Shown here one piece after another: positions 21,148 to 32,002 of a DNA stretch of 64,000 bases. Where the stretch lies: assembly GCA_000004985.1 (NCBI GenBank), contig GG738862.1; one strand, written 5' to 3'. The notes below the pieces were generated by a model. The model was not told the DNA's origin, searched no databases, and was given only the letters and a program-made list of their open reading frames with translations. Source of the stretch: Naegleria gruberi (Eukaryota). The position numbers and the translations under genes were made by a program. The first letter of the stretch is position 1, and every line of letters starts with the position of its first letter.

Positions 21148-22410
21148 ATGACATTATTTTACAATGAATTTATCTGCAGTTTGCTGGAAATCAAAATTAA
21201 AAAAATGGCAACACGTGCAACGGATGATTTGGCACCACCTTTGAAGAAGATGAAAACATCATTTGCCTCTTCTGCTTGTCGATTGTGCCATGATGAAATT
21301 TTAAATATTATGCAATTTTTAACAATTAAAGATGTCGTGTCTTGTTTATTGATTGACACCAATTGGAATATTGTCGGCTCATCAAATGCAATATGGAAAC
21401 CACTCTATGATGAGTTTTTCATGAATGAATTCTTTGAGTGGGATAGACAATTTTTGCAAGATTCTAACAAGCTTGAAAGTGATACTTTTGTTGCAATTGA
21501 TTATGATGATGACTATGAAGATGATGAAGAGGATGAAGAGGATGATGAGGATGAGTATGATGATAACAAACAGGAAAAAAAGAAAGTTGATAAAAGGAAG
21601 GATGATAAAGTAGTGGAAAAACTGGAAGAAACACAAAATGATATTGATCAAATCAAGGACAAGAATGGAAATATTAGTTATTATCGATTATTTCAATTTG
21701 ATTGTCATTATCCGCAAATTGATGAATCATATGTTGATATTATTGACAAATTGAGAAATATAGATTCAATTACCAATGTTGAAACTTTGAAAGAATTAAT
21801 CAAACACATTTGGACAGATAATACAGATTCAGATACTTGGAAAAAAGTTATTGGAACATCAGAAATGGTTCTTGGCAAATCGAATAGGTTATGGAGAAGT
21901 AAGCCACTTCTTGTTTTCCTTTCCATGGTCTTACTGATATTATTCAATAAGGAAAAAATTAATTATTCAGATAGTACCATCCAATTAACAGGACCTAGAG
22001 ATCAACCAGCTTGTGAAATGCCAATATTAGCTTTTTGTAAAATGCTTTCCTCAAATAGATCGAACATTTCCAAATTATGTTCCAAACACAAAATTGATAT
22101 CAAGTCTCTGGGAGCATTTCTAAAAGTTTCTGAACCAAAGACAGAAGAGAGTGAACGCAAATGGTACTACAACGATCGAAGGCAACCAGATGTTTATTTA
22201 TCAGTTATGAAAAACCTATTCAGTCACAAGAATGATGGAACATTTAGTGCTAAACAACAAAATAGTGATTTCGCCAATCCTGATACCGAGGAGTTTGCTC
22301 CTTCCTTTTTCAATGCTGGTTCCTCATTGGTTTGTTTTCAATCTGTGACAGCCCATATCGTTGGAAATGTTATCAAATTTGAATTTATTACAACAGCTAA
22401 ATATTACTGA
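21148..22410 (+). CDS. F-box-like protein with long D/E-rich acidic tract, 420 aa (alternative start at 21205)
   Basis: F-box-like segment CRLCHDEILNIMQFLTIKDVVSCLLIDTNWNIV. The acidic block is DYDDDYEDDEEDEEDDEDEYDD. Two in-frame ATGs (21148, 21205); TGA stop. Confidence 0.6.
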   Translation: MTLFYNEFICSLLEIKIKKMATRATDDLAPPLKKMKTSFASSACRLCHDEILNIMQFLTIKDVVSCLLIDTNWNIVGSSNAIWKPLYDEFFMNEFFEWDRQFLQDSNKLESDTFVAIDYDDDYEDDEEDEEDDEDEYDDNKQEKKKVDKRKDDKVVEKLEETQNDIDQIKDKNGNISYYRLFQFDCHYPQIDESYVDIIDKLRNIDSITNVETLKELIKHIWTDNTDSDTWKKVIGTSEMVLGKSNRLWRSKPLLVFLSMVLLILFNKEKINYSDSTIQLTGPRDQPACEMPILAFCKMLSSNRSNISKLCSKHKIDIKSLGAFLKVSEPKTEESERKWYYNDRRQPDVYLSVMKNLFSHKNDGTFSAKQQNSDFANPDTEEFAPSFFNAGSSLVCFQSVTAHIVGNVIKFEFITTAKYY

Positions 22411-22482
22411 ACATTTCAAAGATGAAGGAACTATTCCAGTAAAATCTTAATTTATCAACGAACTTGATTCTTTCAGAAAAAA

Positions 22483-23118
22483 ATGTCAGAACTTCTCAAG
22501 GTAATTATTGGAGATTCCGATGATGAAGAAGATCTCGAAGATGATGATTTCGACTATTCTTCTTCTGCTTCCGAAAGTATTGAAGAAGAAGATGCCAATG
22601 AATGAGTGCCATACCAATATTTTGGAAAAGTATTTGGAATACCTATACATGGGTTCTCTTTATTTGGAAAATTCAGAGATGGTCCACAAATTTTTGGAAT
22701 TTGTTAAAGAGATTTCCCCAACCAGACATTATCCTTTTATTGAAAAGATTTATTCTATGGAAAATAGAAAGGATTTGAGTTTGACGAGAGAAATATTGAA
22801 GGAATTGTACAAGGATTTGGCTACTCTAATTGATGACAGCACCTACAGTGATTTGGTTGTTGTTTTGGATCAGGACAATCCATTCGTCCAACCCTCTCCT
22901 TCTTGGTTATTTCACTATTGGACAAGAGCACTGTTTGGGTAGTTCACGAAATTGCCATTCTCTACAATGAAAAATCCTTAGAAAGTGAATGTGAGCTCTA
23001 CATTGCCAATAATTTTGAAGTTTTACATTCTGCCTCTTCCTTTTTAGAGCTTCCAGAAATGGCTAGAATTAAAATTAAGCAATTATACAAAAAGAAGCAT
23101 CATAAAAAGACAAAATAA
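22483..23118 (+). CDS. probable BTB/BACK-like protein with acidic N-terminus; exon structure unresolved (frame changes at ~22600 and ~22890)
   Basis: An acidic ORF begins at ATG 22483 (MSELLKVIIGDSDDEEDLEDDDFDYSSSASESIEEEDANE). Protein-like segments follow in two other frames: ...ILEKYLEYLYMGSLYLENSEMVHKFLEFVKEI...TYSDLVVVLDQDNPF and STVWVVHEIAILYNEKSLESECELYIANNFEVLHSASSFLELPEM (BTB/BACK-like). A 41-nt GT..AG intron at ~22886–22926 would join the last two. The 5' join is not resolved. Confidence 0.3.
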
Positions 23119-23453
23119 GGTTTTTTGATCTTTTATATGTGGTACTTTAGAAGAACCCATTACTTCTGAAAAGAAAAGTATTCAGATGTTCCAAAGAAGT
23201 GTAGCATGCCAATAATCTCCACCAATAGATGTTGTGTGTAATGGAACTGGAAAGACAGTTGCTAGTATGTTACAATAAAAATCTCAATCTGATTTAACAA
23301 AAAGAGGTTCCATAAAAGCAAAAAGAAAGTTACAATCGACTTGTTGATGATCATATCATATTAAATTGAACTCATTAGGGAAGTGATACAAGAATAGAAA
23401 ATGTAGAATAATTTATTGACAATAATTGAAAGAATCTATGATATTTTGCTAAC

Positions 23454-23912
23454 TTAACCACCTCTCAATCTCAATACTAAATGCACAGTTGAATCCTTTT
23501 GAAGATTGTAATCACCAATAGTTCTTCCATCTTCCAATTGCTTACCGGCATAAATCAATCGTTGTTGATCTGAAGGAATACCTTCCTTATCAAATATCTT
23601 TTGTTTCATATTCTCAACAGTATCATTCGATTCCATTTCAATAGTGATTGTCTTTCCAGTTAAGGTTTTTACAAAGAGTTGCATTCCTCCTCTTAATCTC
23701 AACACCAAATGAAGAGTGGAGTCTTTTTGAATGTTGTAATCATTAATAGTTCTGCCATCTTCTAATTGTTTACCTGCAAAGATGAGTCTTTGTTGATCTG
23801 GTGAAATTCCTTCCTTATCTTGTACCTTTTGTTTCACATTTTCAATTGAATCATTAGATTCAACCTCCAAAGTGATAGTTCTTCCAGTGAGTGTCTTGAC
23901 AAATAATTGCAT
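23454..23912 (-). CDS. di-ubiquitin (two head-to-tail ubiquitin-fold repeats, each ending RLRGG), divergent from canonical ubiquitin, 152 aa
   Basis: The protein is [76 protein letters not shown] followed by [76 protein letters not shown] and a stop. L8, I44, K48, K63, H68 and the GG ends are conserved. Each repeat differs from canonical ubiquitin at roughly a dozen positions. The two repeats differ from each other at about 17 of 76 positions. Confidence 0.85.
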   Translation of the reverse strand: MQLFVKTLTGRTITLEVESNDSIENVKQKVQDKEGISPDQQRLIFAGKQLEDGRTINDYNIQKDSTLHLVLRLRGGMQLFVKTLTGKTITIEMESNDTVENMKQKIFDKEGIPSDQQRLIYAGKQLEDGRTIGDYNLQKDSTVHLVLRLRGG

Positions 23913-24399
23913 TATGTTTGTTGTCTTGTTTTTCTTATTGTTTTTCTTGAATTCAAAACATGTTTCCTTGCTTTTTATACTGTTTTGAGATGTTTGTATT
24001 TTTAGAAAGTAGTTCTTCTTTGCAAAGAAATTCTTTCAATGAACCGATTTTTGTTTCTGGACACAAACTTGGTTCATGTTTTGTAATTATGTGCTGTAGT
24101 TGTTCATACAATAATCACATCTTTTTCGATTTTTATCTTCTTATTTGTGGTGGTTGATTGTTTAGCTCTCTTTTCAATTGAATTTGTTTACCATTTAAAT
24201 TTGAAAGATTATAATCAATATTATTACGATGTCTAGTTCCACTTATAATATTCTTGGAGACAAACCAACTTGTTCAATTTTGTTTCATCTTCTTCATTAA
24301 GAAGAGAGTTGGCATTTGTTTTGTTGTGGAAATATCATCATCAGTTATCTATTTATTTATTAAGGAAATAAAATACAAATCAACAAACAATAAGAGAAA

Positions 24400-24523
24400 A
24401 AAAGACTACAGCACCACAGGTTCCCAAGTTGTCTCCAACCTCAGTACTGATGTAGCTCGACGATGCTTAACTTCTCAAATCGGACGGGATGAGGTGCATT
24501 CATCGTGATATGGCCGTAGCCAT
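24400..24523 (-). rRNA. 5S rRNA: 5S rRNA gene, copy 2 of 3
   Basis: Identical to copy 1 except one substitution (gatgtAgctcg versus gatgtGgctcg). Followed on the RNA strand by a T7 run. It shares an upstream element with copy 1 (see findings). Confidence 0.85.
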
Positions 24524-24759
24524 TCATTACTTCAAAATGTTAAACTTCAATCTATCATCAAACGAAGTTCTGAATAACAAGATTTTCGATGAAATCACTT
24601 GATTCATCTTTTGATATTTGTAACAAATTATATTAACTAATAATTTACATAATTGTTTGCCTTAACTCCCAAATGGACTTTGCTTTACAATTAGCCATTA
24701 AAAAAACTCCGACAGATGTCCTCTTAAAATAAAAATAAAAATATTTGAATTTAAAAAAA

Positions 24760-26539
24760 ATGAACAAACAAATACTGGGCCTTGCTCTCACGCTCTTGCT
24801 CTGTATTTCTTGTAGCGTATTTGCTTTGGACGCAACCGTTTACTATCAAAATGGTAAATATGTTGTTAAAAACGGATATGATTTGCAATCTGGTATTGCC
24901 GCAGCACATTATGATGATAGTTTTGAAGCTAAAGGATGGGATGTTCTCTCTATCGAAACTAATCACTTGACCAAGGATGATATGCAAAGTTATGGTGCTG
25001 GTTATTTGGAAGGTGTATTGACTAGAAAGAGAATTTATAATCACTATGTCAATATGCACACTTATTCATGGGCCAGTACTCCTGATAAGAAAATGCCACA
25101 ATATGTGAGAGATTTCTTTGAATCTCAACGTGCTTGGGTCAGAGATTCATCTGCCAAGTATGCCAACGATCCTTTCTGGCAACAAATCAAGACCGTTTAC
25201 TTGCAAATGGAAGGTCTCGTTCAAGGTTACAATGATGCTACTACTGATGCTTCCGAAAAAATTGATTATGCTAGCATGCAAGTTATGAGCTCTTTTGGTG
25301 ACATTTTCGATATTCTCAATGTCAAGAAGGATTTCAGACCAAACTTTAACAAGATGACTCCTGCTCAAGTTATTCAATTCGCTCAAGACAATGGTCACTG
25401 TTCTGCCTTGTTCAAGGTTACTCCAGATTTCAGTAATATCTACTTTGGACACACATCTTGGTTTACGTTTAGGTAGAGTTTCGTTTGTTTTTGACATTTT
25501 TTGTTATCTAACCATGTGCATTTTGTTAATATTTTACTGTTTATGTCACTTTTCACTTTTTAATTGAATTTTCACACATTCAGTGCTATGACGTAAGTTT
25601 CCTATTGCTGTTTTCTAACCATTAATCTCACGTTAAATTTTCAGTCGTATCTACAAGACTTACACTTTCAACTTCAACAGCAGATTGGTTGCTTCACCAA
25701 AGGTTACTTTCTCAAGTTACCCAGCTAATCTTGCTTCTAATGATGATTTTTACATTACTCAAAGTGGATTGGTTGTTATTGAAACATCTAACAATATTTT
25801 CAATACTTCTCTCTATGATTTGGTTAAGCCACAATCATTGCTCTGTTGGCAAAGAGTTATTTTGGCTAACAGACTTGCTGATGATGCTCCTTCTTGGAAT
25901 GATATCTTCTCTGAATATAACTCTGGTACTTACAATAACCAATTCATGGTTTTGGATACTAAGAAATTCGTTCCAGGTCAACCACTTGCCAAGAACTTGT
26001 TCTGGGTTGTTGAACAAATTCCAGGTAAGGTCGTTGGTGGTGACCAAACTGAAGTTCTTAGCTATGGTTATTGGCCAAGTTACAATGTTCCATTCTATCC
26101 AGAAGTTTTCACCATTTCTGGATATCCTGAAATTTTGAAGAAACCAAATGCTTCTGATATGTTGTCATACGAAACTTGTGTCAGAGCTAACATCTTCAGA
26201 AGAGATCAATATAAGGTCAACTCAATTGATGGAATGAAGAACATACTTAGATATAACAATTGGAAGTATGATCCACTTTCTCTTGGACAACCTGGATACG
26301 CAATTGCTTCTCGTAACGATTTGTCTCCAACTGCTACTGATGCTACAAGAAGCTGCAGTGGTGGTTATGATACTAAGGTTTCCTCAATTCTCGACATTAA
26401 CACTGTCCATATTATCAATGGTCCAACCAGTGTTGATCAACCAGTCTTTGCTTGGAATGGTCAATGCCCTGCCAAGTTCAGCCATGTTGGTTTGAAGCAA
26501 TCTTTCAAATATGATTGGATGACTGTTAAATGGAATTAA
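24760..26539 (+). CDS. phospholipase B-like (PLB/LAMA family) secreted protein; 2–3 exons including a candidate 9-nt micro-exon
   Basis: Signal peptide MNKQILGLALTLLLCISCSVFA. PLB-like family blocks are present across both ORFs (...DNGHCSALFKVTPDFSNIYFGHTSWFTF ... RIYKTYTFNF ... FMVLDTKKF ... WPSYNVPFYPEVF ...). Exon 1 is 24760–25472 with donor GTAGAG. The last exon is 25645–26539, acceptor TTTTCAG, anchored to the ORF. Between them, 25584–25592 (TGCTATGAC) is flanked by CATTCAG| and |GTAAGT. Including it gives ...HTSWFTFSAMTRIYK..., with an extra Ala-Met-Thr. Confidence 0.8.
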
Positions 26540-26617
26540 ATTTTTGATAATTAATTATGATTACAATCTCTTTATTGGTGGTGTAACCTTGAAAAAGATT
26601 GAAAAAATCAGCAACAC

Positions 26618-29600
26618 ATGACTGCAAACATCAACAAGCTTCAGTGCTGGCGGTCTTACTTGTTGATTCTTCTCTCTGTTATCCTTCTCGTTGGTGATGC
26701 ATCACCATTATCTTCATCAGCCCACTCAACATATGTTCGCTATCAGTTTGAAACTCTTGCCGGAAACCTTCAACCAGTTTTTTCTCTGTCATTCAAACAA
26801 ATTCAACAATCCAAAGTCAATCCTGATATTCTCTTCATAGTGTCTGCAAGTGATTCTCTTTACAAGTACAATCAAACAAGTGGAGAAAGGAACCTACTGG
26901 TCGGATGTGATGTGTTATCCTATAACTTGTGCATTAAAGAATCAATGGTAACCAACATTTCCCATCTGGCAACATCTGTTTCTATCTACATTACTGGATT
27001 TCATGTGATGGTTTCTTCTAATGAACAAGTAATTTATATTAGCACCGACCATCAATTGTTTCGAATGGAAAATAAGAATATTACACTCCTTTCGGCAATG
27101 TGGTCGACTAGTGATGAAAATCCAAACTTGGATGGAATGCATATTTCGGATAGTTGGTTTAGGTTTTTAAAATCAGTTGTTGTTGATGAAGATGAGAAGA
27201 CTTTATATCTTGCAGATGGACAAGTTATTAGAAAGTTGGATGTGGAAACTGGTATTTTAAAGTCCATCACAACAACAGGAGATGACCCAGTATCTAAGTT
27301 TGATGGACCTGCCAATCAGACTGTTCTTAAACTGCCACAAAAACTACTCCTTCATAATGGATTTCTTTATGGAAATGATGCATTTTCACTTTTTAAAATT
27401 AATATTCAAAGTGGATGGTTGACAGTAATAACTGGCACGATCAATTATATATTAGGTGTTAATTTTCCAGCTCCAAAATCAGGTGATAATGCTAAAAATT
27501 CAACACTTTTATCAATTCGTGGATTTCACATTATGGAGGATGATTCCATTCTAATAATTTCTGGAAATACTTTTTATCAGATCGATCAAAAAAGTGGATT
27601 ACTAACTATACTTTACAATTTTGAAGAAGCTATCTTTTTGGCAACACCCAATTTGGTATTTTCATTACAAAAGGTTTACAAATTAAATAGATTGAATTGG
27701 TCTATGGAAACAATTATAGATTCACATATTGGGGCCATTACGGATGGTTCAATAGCAAAGAATAGAAAATTCTTTGACATTTCAGCACTGACAATGAACG
27801 AAACCACTGGGGATTTACTATTTTCTGATTCATTGTCAAATTACAATCTTTACAAAGTTGATAAGGATGGAAGGTTTTTCACAGTGAATTTACAAATGTC
27901 AAACGTATCTTGTTGGAATTCCTCTATCAGAACTGATAGCTCTTTAACATTCAATCCAGTCTCTTTCCAATTGAGAAACTCTACTTTATATGTTGCCAAT
28001 TCTGGAATGCACAGTTCAATCCAAAAATTTGATCTATCTCAACAAGGATCAAGTTGCTTCTATTCAGGATCAATTTCAAGTGATAGACTTTTGCAACAAG
28101 GGAGTGGACTATCCATGTTGGTTAATAACCCTACTGGATTATATTGTAATATCAATTCTGACGAGATATTTGTTGCCGACACTGAAAACCACAGAATTCT
28201 CAAATATATTTCACATAATCTAGTTCAAGTAATTGCAGGTACTGGAAAGCAAGGTTTTTCAGGAGATGGTGGCTTAGCCATTCATGCTCAACTGAATAGA
28301 CCTCACTCAATTTCCTACGATCGTTCCAATAGAGATCTTTACATTGCAGGTATGTCATTCATTTTCATTATTTTAACATTCATAAAGATTCTGGAAATCA
28401 CAGAATTCGAAAGATTTCTTCTGATGGAACTATTTCTACAATTTTAGGAACTGGCTCGGGTGGATTTAATGGAGATGGTCTCCCTCCATTACAAACGCAA
28501 ATTAATTTCCCTAAAGGTGTTACTTACTCACCCTTTCTGGGAATTGCAATTTCTGATACCTATAACCATAGAGTGAGATTATTTAGAGAAGGAAATGTGA
28601 GCACAATATTGGGAACTGGAACATCTGGAATGAAAGTAGTGGAGGATAATCCAACAGAGACAGAGATTATTTCACCTTTTGGTCTGGTTTGGGCTGAATC
28701 AACTTCATCCCTTTACATAGCTGGTAAGTTTCGAATTTTAGTCGAACATTGACAAATTGTTTCAGATCAATTCAATCACAGAATATTACATCTCCAATAT
28801 CTATATGGTAGTGTAGCAATCATTGCAGGAACCAATTTACCTGGATATAATGGAGATGGCATGAAAGCTAACTTAGCCAAACTATTTCTTCCAAGTTCTG
28901 TAGTTTTGGCTCCTGACAATACAATTCTAATTGCAGACACTTACAATAATTTAATAAGGAAAATTAGTAATGGAATAATTTCTTCATTTGAAACAAAAAT
29001 TGGTCTTGGTCAATCCTATCAAATCAAACAACCGATTGGGTTGTGTTTAACATTATCTGGACCTTTTGTGACAACTGAAAATGCCGTTACCTCATTAAGT
29101 TCAGGCTATACCTCCAACATAATTGGAGGAAATGGAGATGGAATGAATGTTTATTATGCAGATGTTAATCCAACAAGAATGATACTCTCTCCATTTGGAA
29201 ATGAAGGATCAATGATATTTTCAGAATCGAATTCGAATAGAATAAGATATGTCGACAGTAATGGAATCATTTCAACCATTGTTGGTTGTGGAGTATTTGG
29301 ATATATGGGTGATAAATATCCTTCTCAATTTGCCTTTCTTGCTTCACCTACTGGTATAGCACTGAATCCAATAACAAATGATTTAATTTTCTGCGATACC
29401 TCCAATAATCGTATTAGAATAGCTTCTATAAATGAATTAAACGTAGTTGATACGATTGCTGGAACAGGAAATAGCGCATATGATTCAGAAGTATCAGATC
29501 CCTTACTCTCACCACTCAATAAGCCAAGAGTGGTTGCCACATTTAGCAATGGTGACATTGTCATTGGAGACACTTTAAATAATCTATTCAAGATGATTTC

Positions 29601-31431
29601 AAGGAGAGACGGAAAAATTAGAGCCATTGGTATGGGATTTGCAACTGACATGTACGTCACTAAGGATAACATTATCATCTTTTCATCAAGGGAAGAACTT
29701 ATCAAGATGGTTCCTTATTGTGATCTTGGCTATCAATTAGTTGAGAAAAATACCGACTGCATTCCAGTATGTTTTGGATTGACTGGAAATTTGACATGTA
29801 CTAGAAATGGAGAATGCACCTTACCAAATACTTGTAAATGCTCACCTGATTTCACTGGAAAAGCGTGCGAAATTCCAATTTGTTTTGGTTTACCATCCAA
29901 TTCTTCTAATGTTTGTAATAATGGAAATGGAACCTGTGTGTCACCAAATAAGTGCGTTTGTAATGATGGGTTTTATGGAGATCAGTGTCAATATCCTCTT
30001 TGTTTCTCATCATTAATAGAGGAATCATGTGGTGGAATTAATAGAGGAAGGTGTGTCCATAGAAATAAGTGTGAATGTAAGGATAATTTCACAGGTAGAC
30101 AATGTGAATATAGATCTTGTCTTGGAAAGAGTGAAGTTGACCAAAAAGTTTGCAATGGAAATGGTAGGTGTGGATCTGCAGGAAAATGCGAATGTAATTT
30201 GGGTTATTCTGGAGCAGATTGTTCTGATTTGACTCAAGTCTATGCAGTGAGCATCACAGCTGCTGTCATCTTATTAATTTTGATTATTCTAATTCTTGTT
30301 TCTTCTATTTTAGGATGGTTTTTATATAAGAGAAACAGGAGAGATCGAAAGATTATTGAAACAGAACTCTCTCTTGATGAAAGACTCTTGGCAACTACAG
30401 ATCTTGAGCTCTCCCAATTCAGCACAAGTGTTGGTTCAGGATCTCAATCATCCTCAGATGATTCTCCTTCATTTGTCATTCCACTTCACAAGCTAGGAAT
30501 GGATAAGCCAATTCGTAGATTGGGAGAAGGAGGCATGGGAAGCGTATTCATGACCAAATATAATGGAATGATTGTTGCTGTCAAGGTTTTTGATTTGAAT
30601 AATTTCAATATTTCAGAGGAAGATTTTAGAAATGAAGCCATTTTACTAAGTAGAATCAGACACCCAAATATTATAACTTTCTATGGAGTTTCTTCATCTC
30701 CTACGAAACGTTTTATAGTAATGGAATGTTTGGATCAGAGCTTGGAAAAGTTTATTTCTAAATTGGAAACTAAACTAATCAATCTTTCATTAGACCAAAA
30801 ATTGAAAATGTTATTGAATATTGCTAATGGAATTGAATATCTACATACAATGCAACCTAGAAAGATTATTCACCGTGACTTGAAACCTCAAAATATCCTT
30901 CTAGATTCGAATGGAAATTGTAAAGTTTGCGATTTTGGATTAAGCAAATCCATTTCACAAGGAACTATCTCAACAATCACTAATCAATTAGGTACTTTTT
31001 ATTATATGAGCCCAGAAATGTTTGATATTGAAGCTGTCGATCCTACTTACGCTACTGCAATTGACATTTACAGTTTCAGTATTATTGGATGGCAATTATT
31101 ATTCGAAAGCAAAGATCCTTACGTTTACAATAGTCAAGAAGTAGCTAGAAAGTTGAGCTCCAAACTACTCGAACATGTAACCTCCTACCAATTGACCAAG
31201 TTAATTTGTGAAAACAATCACAGACCTGCCATTCCATTCAATTCTCTCAAATCATGTCGTGAATGGTGTTTGGAATTTTTACCCACAACTGAACAAGAAA
31301 ATTATTCAATAGTATTCAAGTTATGCCAACTCATCAAACAATGTTGGCAAGGAAATCCAAAACTTCGACCAAGCATTGAACAAATTGTTGAACAATTACA
31401 AACCTTAGAACAAGAATTTAACAAGATTTAA
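26618..31431 (+). CDS. receptor-type protein kinase: signal peptide, large NHL-repeat ectodomain, ~5 tenascin-type EGF-like Cys repeats, one TM helix, TKL-like Ser/Thr kinase domain; 3 exons, ~1577 aa
   Basis: Exons are 26618–28349, 28388–28723 and 28766–31431. Introns are 28350–28387 (GTATGT..AAG, 38 nt) and 28724–28765 (GTAAGT..CAG, 42 nt). Both interrupt NHL motifs (LYIAG|DSGNHRIRKI; LYIAG|DQFNHRILHL) and restore frame into the ORF starting at 28861. NHL repeats (..ADT.NHRI.K...) are spread over residues ~100–950. EGF-like repeats are CxCxxGFxGxxCxxxxC (residues ~1000–1170). TM helix is VYAVSITAAVILLILIILILVSSILGWFLY. Kinase motifs are GEGGMGSV, VAVKVF, HRDLKPQNILLD, DFGLSK, YMSPE. Confidence 0.8.
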
Positions 31432-31682
31432 CATGCAAGATTGGAATACTACTAATAGTATTTAAATAAAAATGTATGATGAATTCAATGTTTAATTTAT
31501 ACAATATGAAGTTTACAATTGGTGTGTTTGAAAGATTCGAATGGTAACACCTCAAAATCTGAACAAGGTTATTTAAAGATTTACAATTGTACTTAATGAG
31601 AAATTAGTTTATTTGAATTGTAACCTTCTATTCCAAACATAAATGAAACCAAACGAGAATTGAATATTTTCAAGATAAAAAA

Positions 31683-31976
31683 ATGTCAGATAGACGTTTC
31701 ATTGATATTAGTTTCTTTGGTACTCAACCAAAATCACAAAGAAGTTTCTGCTCGTTCACTGTTGAACATTCGAATAGTGCTCTTCCACATGAAGAGCTTT
31801 TGAAATTGTTGGGCACTGAATCAGATTTTTACCTTGGTTACATCGTAACAGATGTTTATGATGGAAATACTGGTGCTTTACTTTTCGATATTTTCAATTC
31901 TGAAGGTGGATCTTCAGAAAAACGGCCTTCATTAGTATCAAATCTGAAATTTTGTTTCAATTCTTGTGGAGATTGA
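31683..31976 (+). CDS. small hypothetical protein, 97 aa
   Basis: ATG with an A-rich context; non-repetitive; TGA stop 27 nt before the next gene start. No homology recognised. Confidence 0.3.
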   Translation: MSDRRFIDISFFGTQPKSQRSFCSFTVEHSNSALPHEELLKLLGTESDFYLGYIVTDVYDGNTGALLFDIFNSEGGSSEKRPSLVSNLKFCFNSCGD

Positions 31977-32002
31977 AAATTCAATTTCAACATTGATAAA
32001 AA

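Noticed and set aside
21382-21651. Minus-strand 89-aa ORF and plus-strand 21425–21613 ORF
   Set aside because: They are alternative readings of the GAT/GAA-rich acidic-tract coding DNA of the 21148–22410 gene.
22508-22620. N-terminus MEIPMMKKISKMMISTILLLLPKVLKKK of ORF 22508 as a real protein start
   Set aside because: The same DNA in the neighbouring frame encodes a typical acidic tract (DSDDEEDLEDDDFDYSSSASESIEEEDANE) after a proper A-run ATG at 22483. The Met/Lys-rich reading is the off-frame translation of GAT/GAA repeats.
24254-24508. 84-aa plus-strand ORF overlapping the second 5S rRNA copy
   Set aside because: It is the antisense translation of the 5S gene and its flank. The region is fully explained by the 5S rRNA at 24400–24523.
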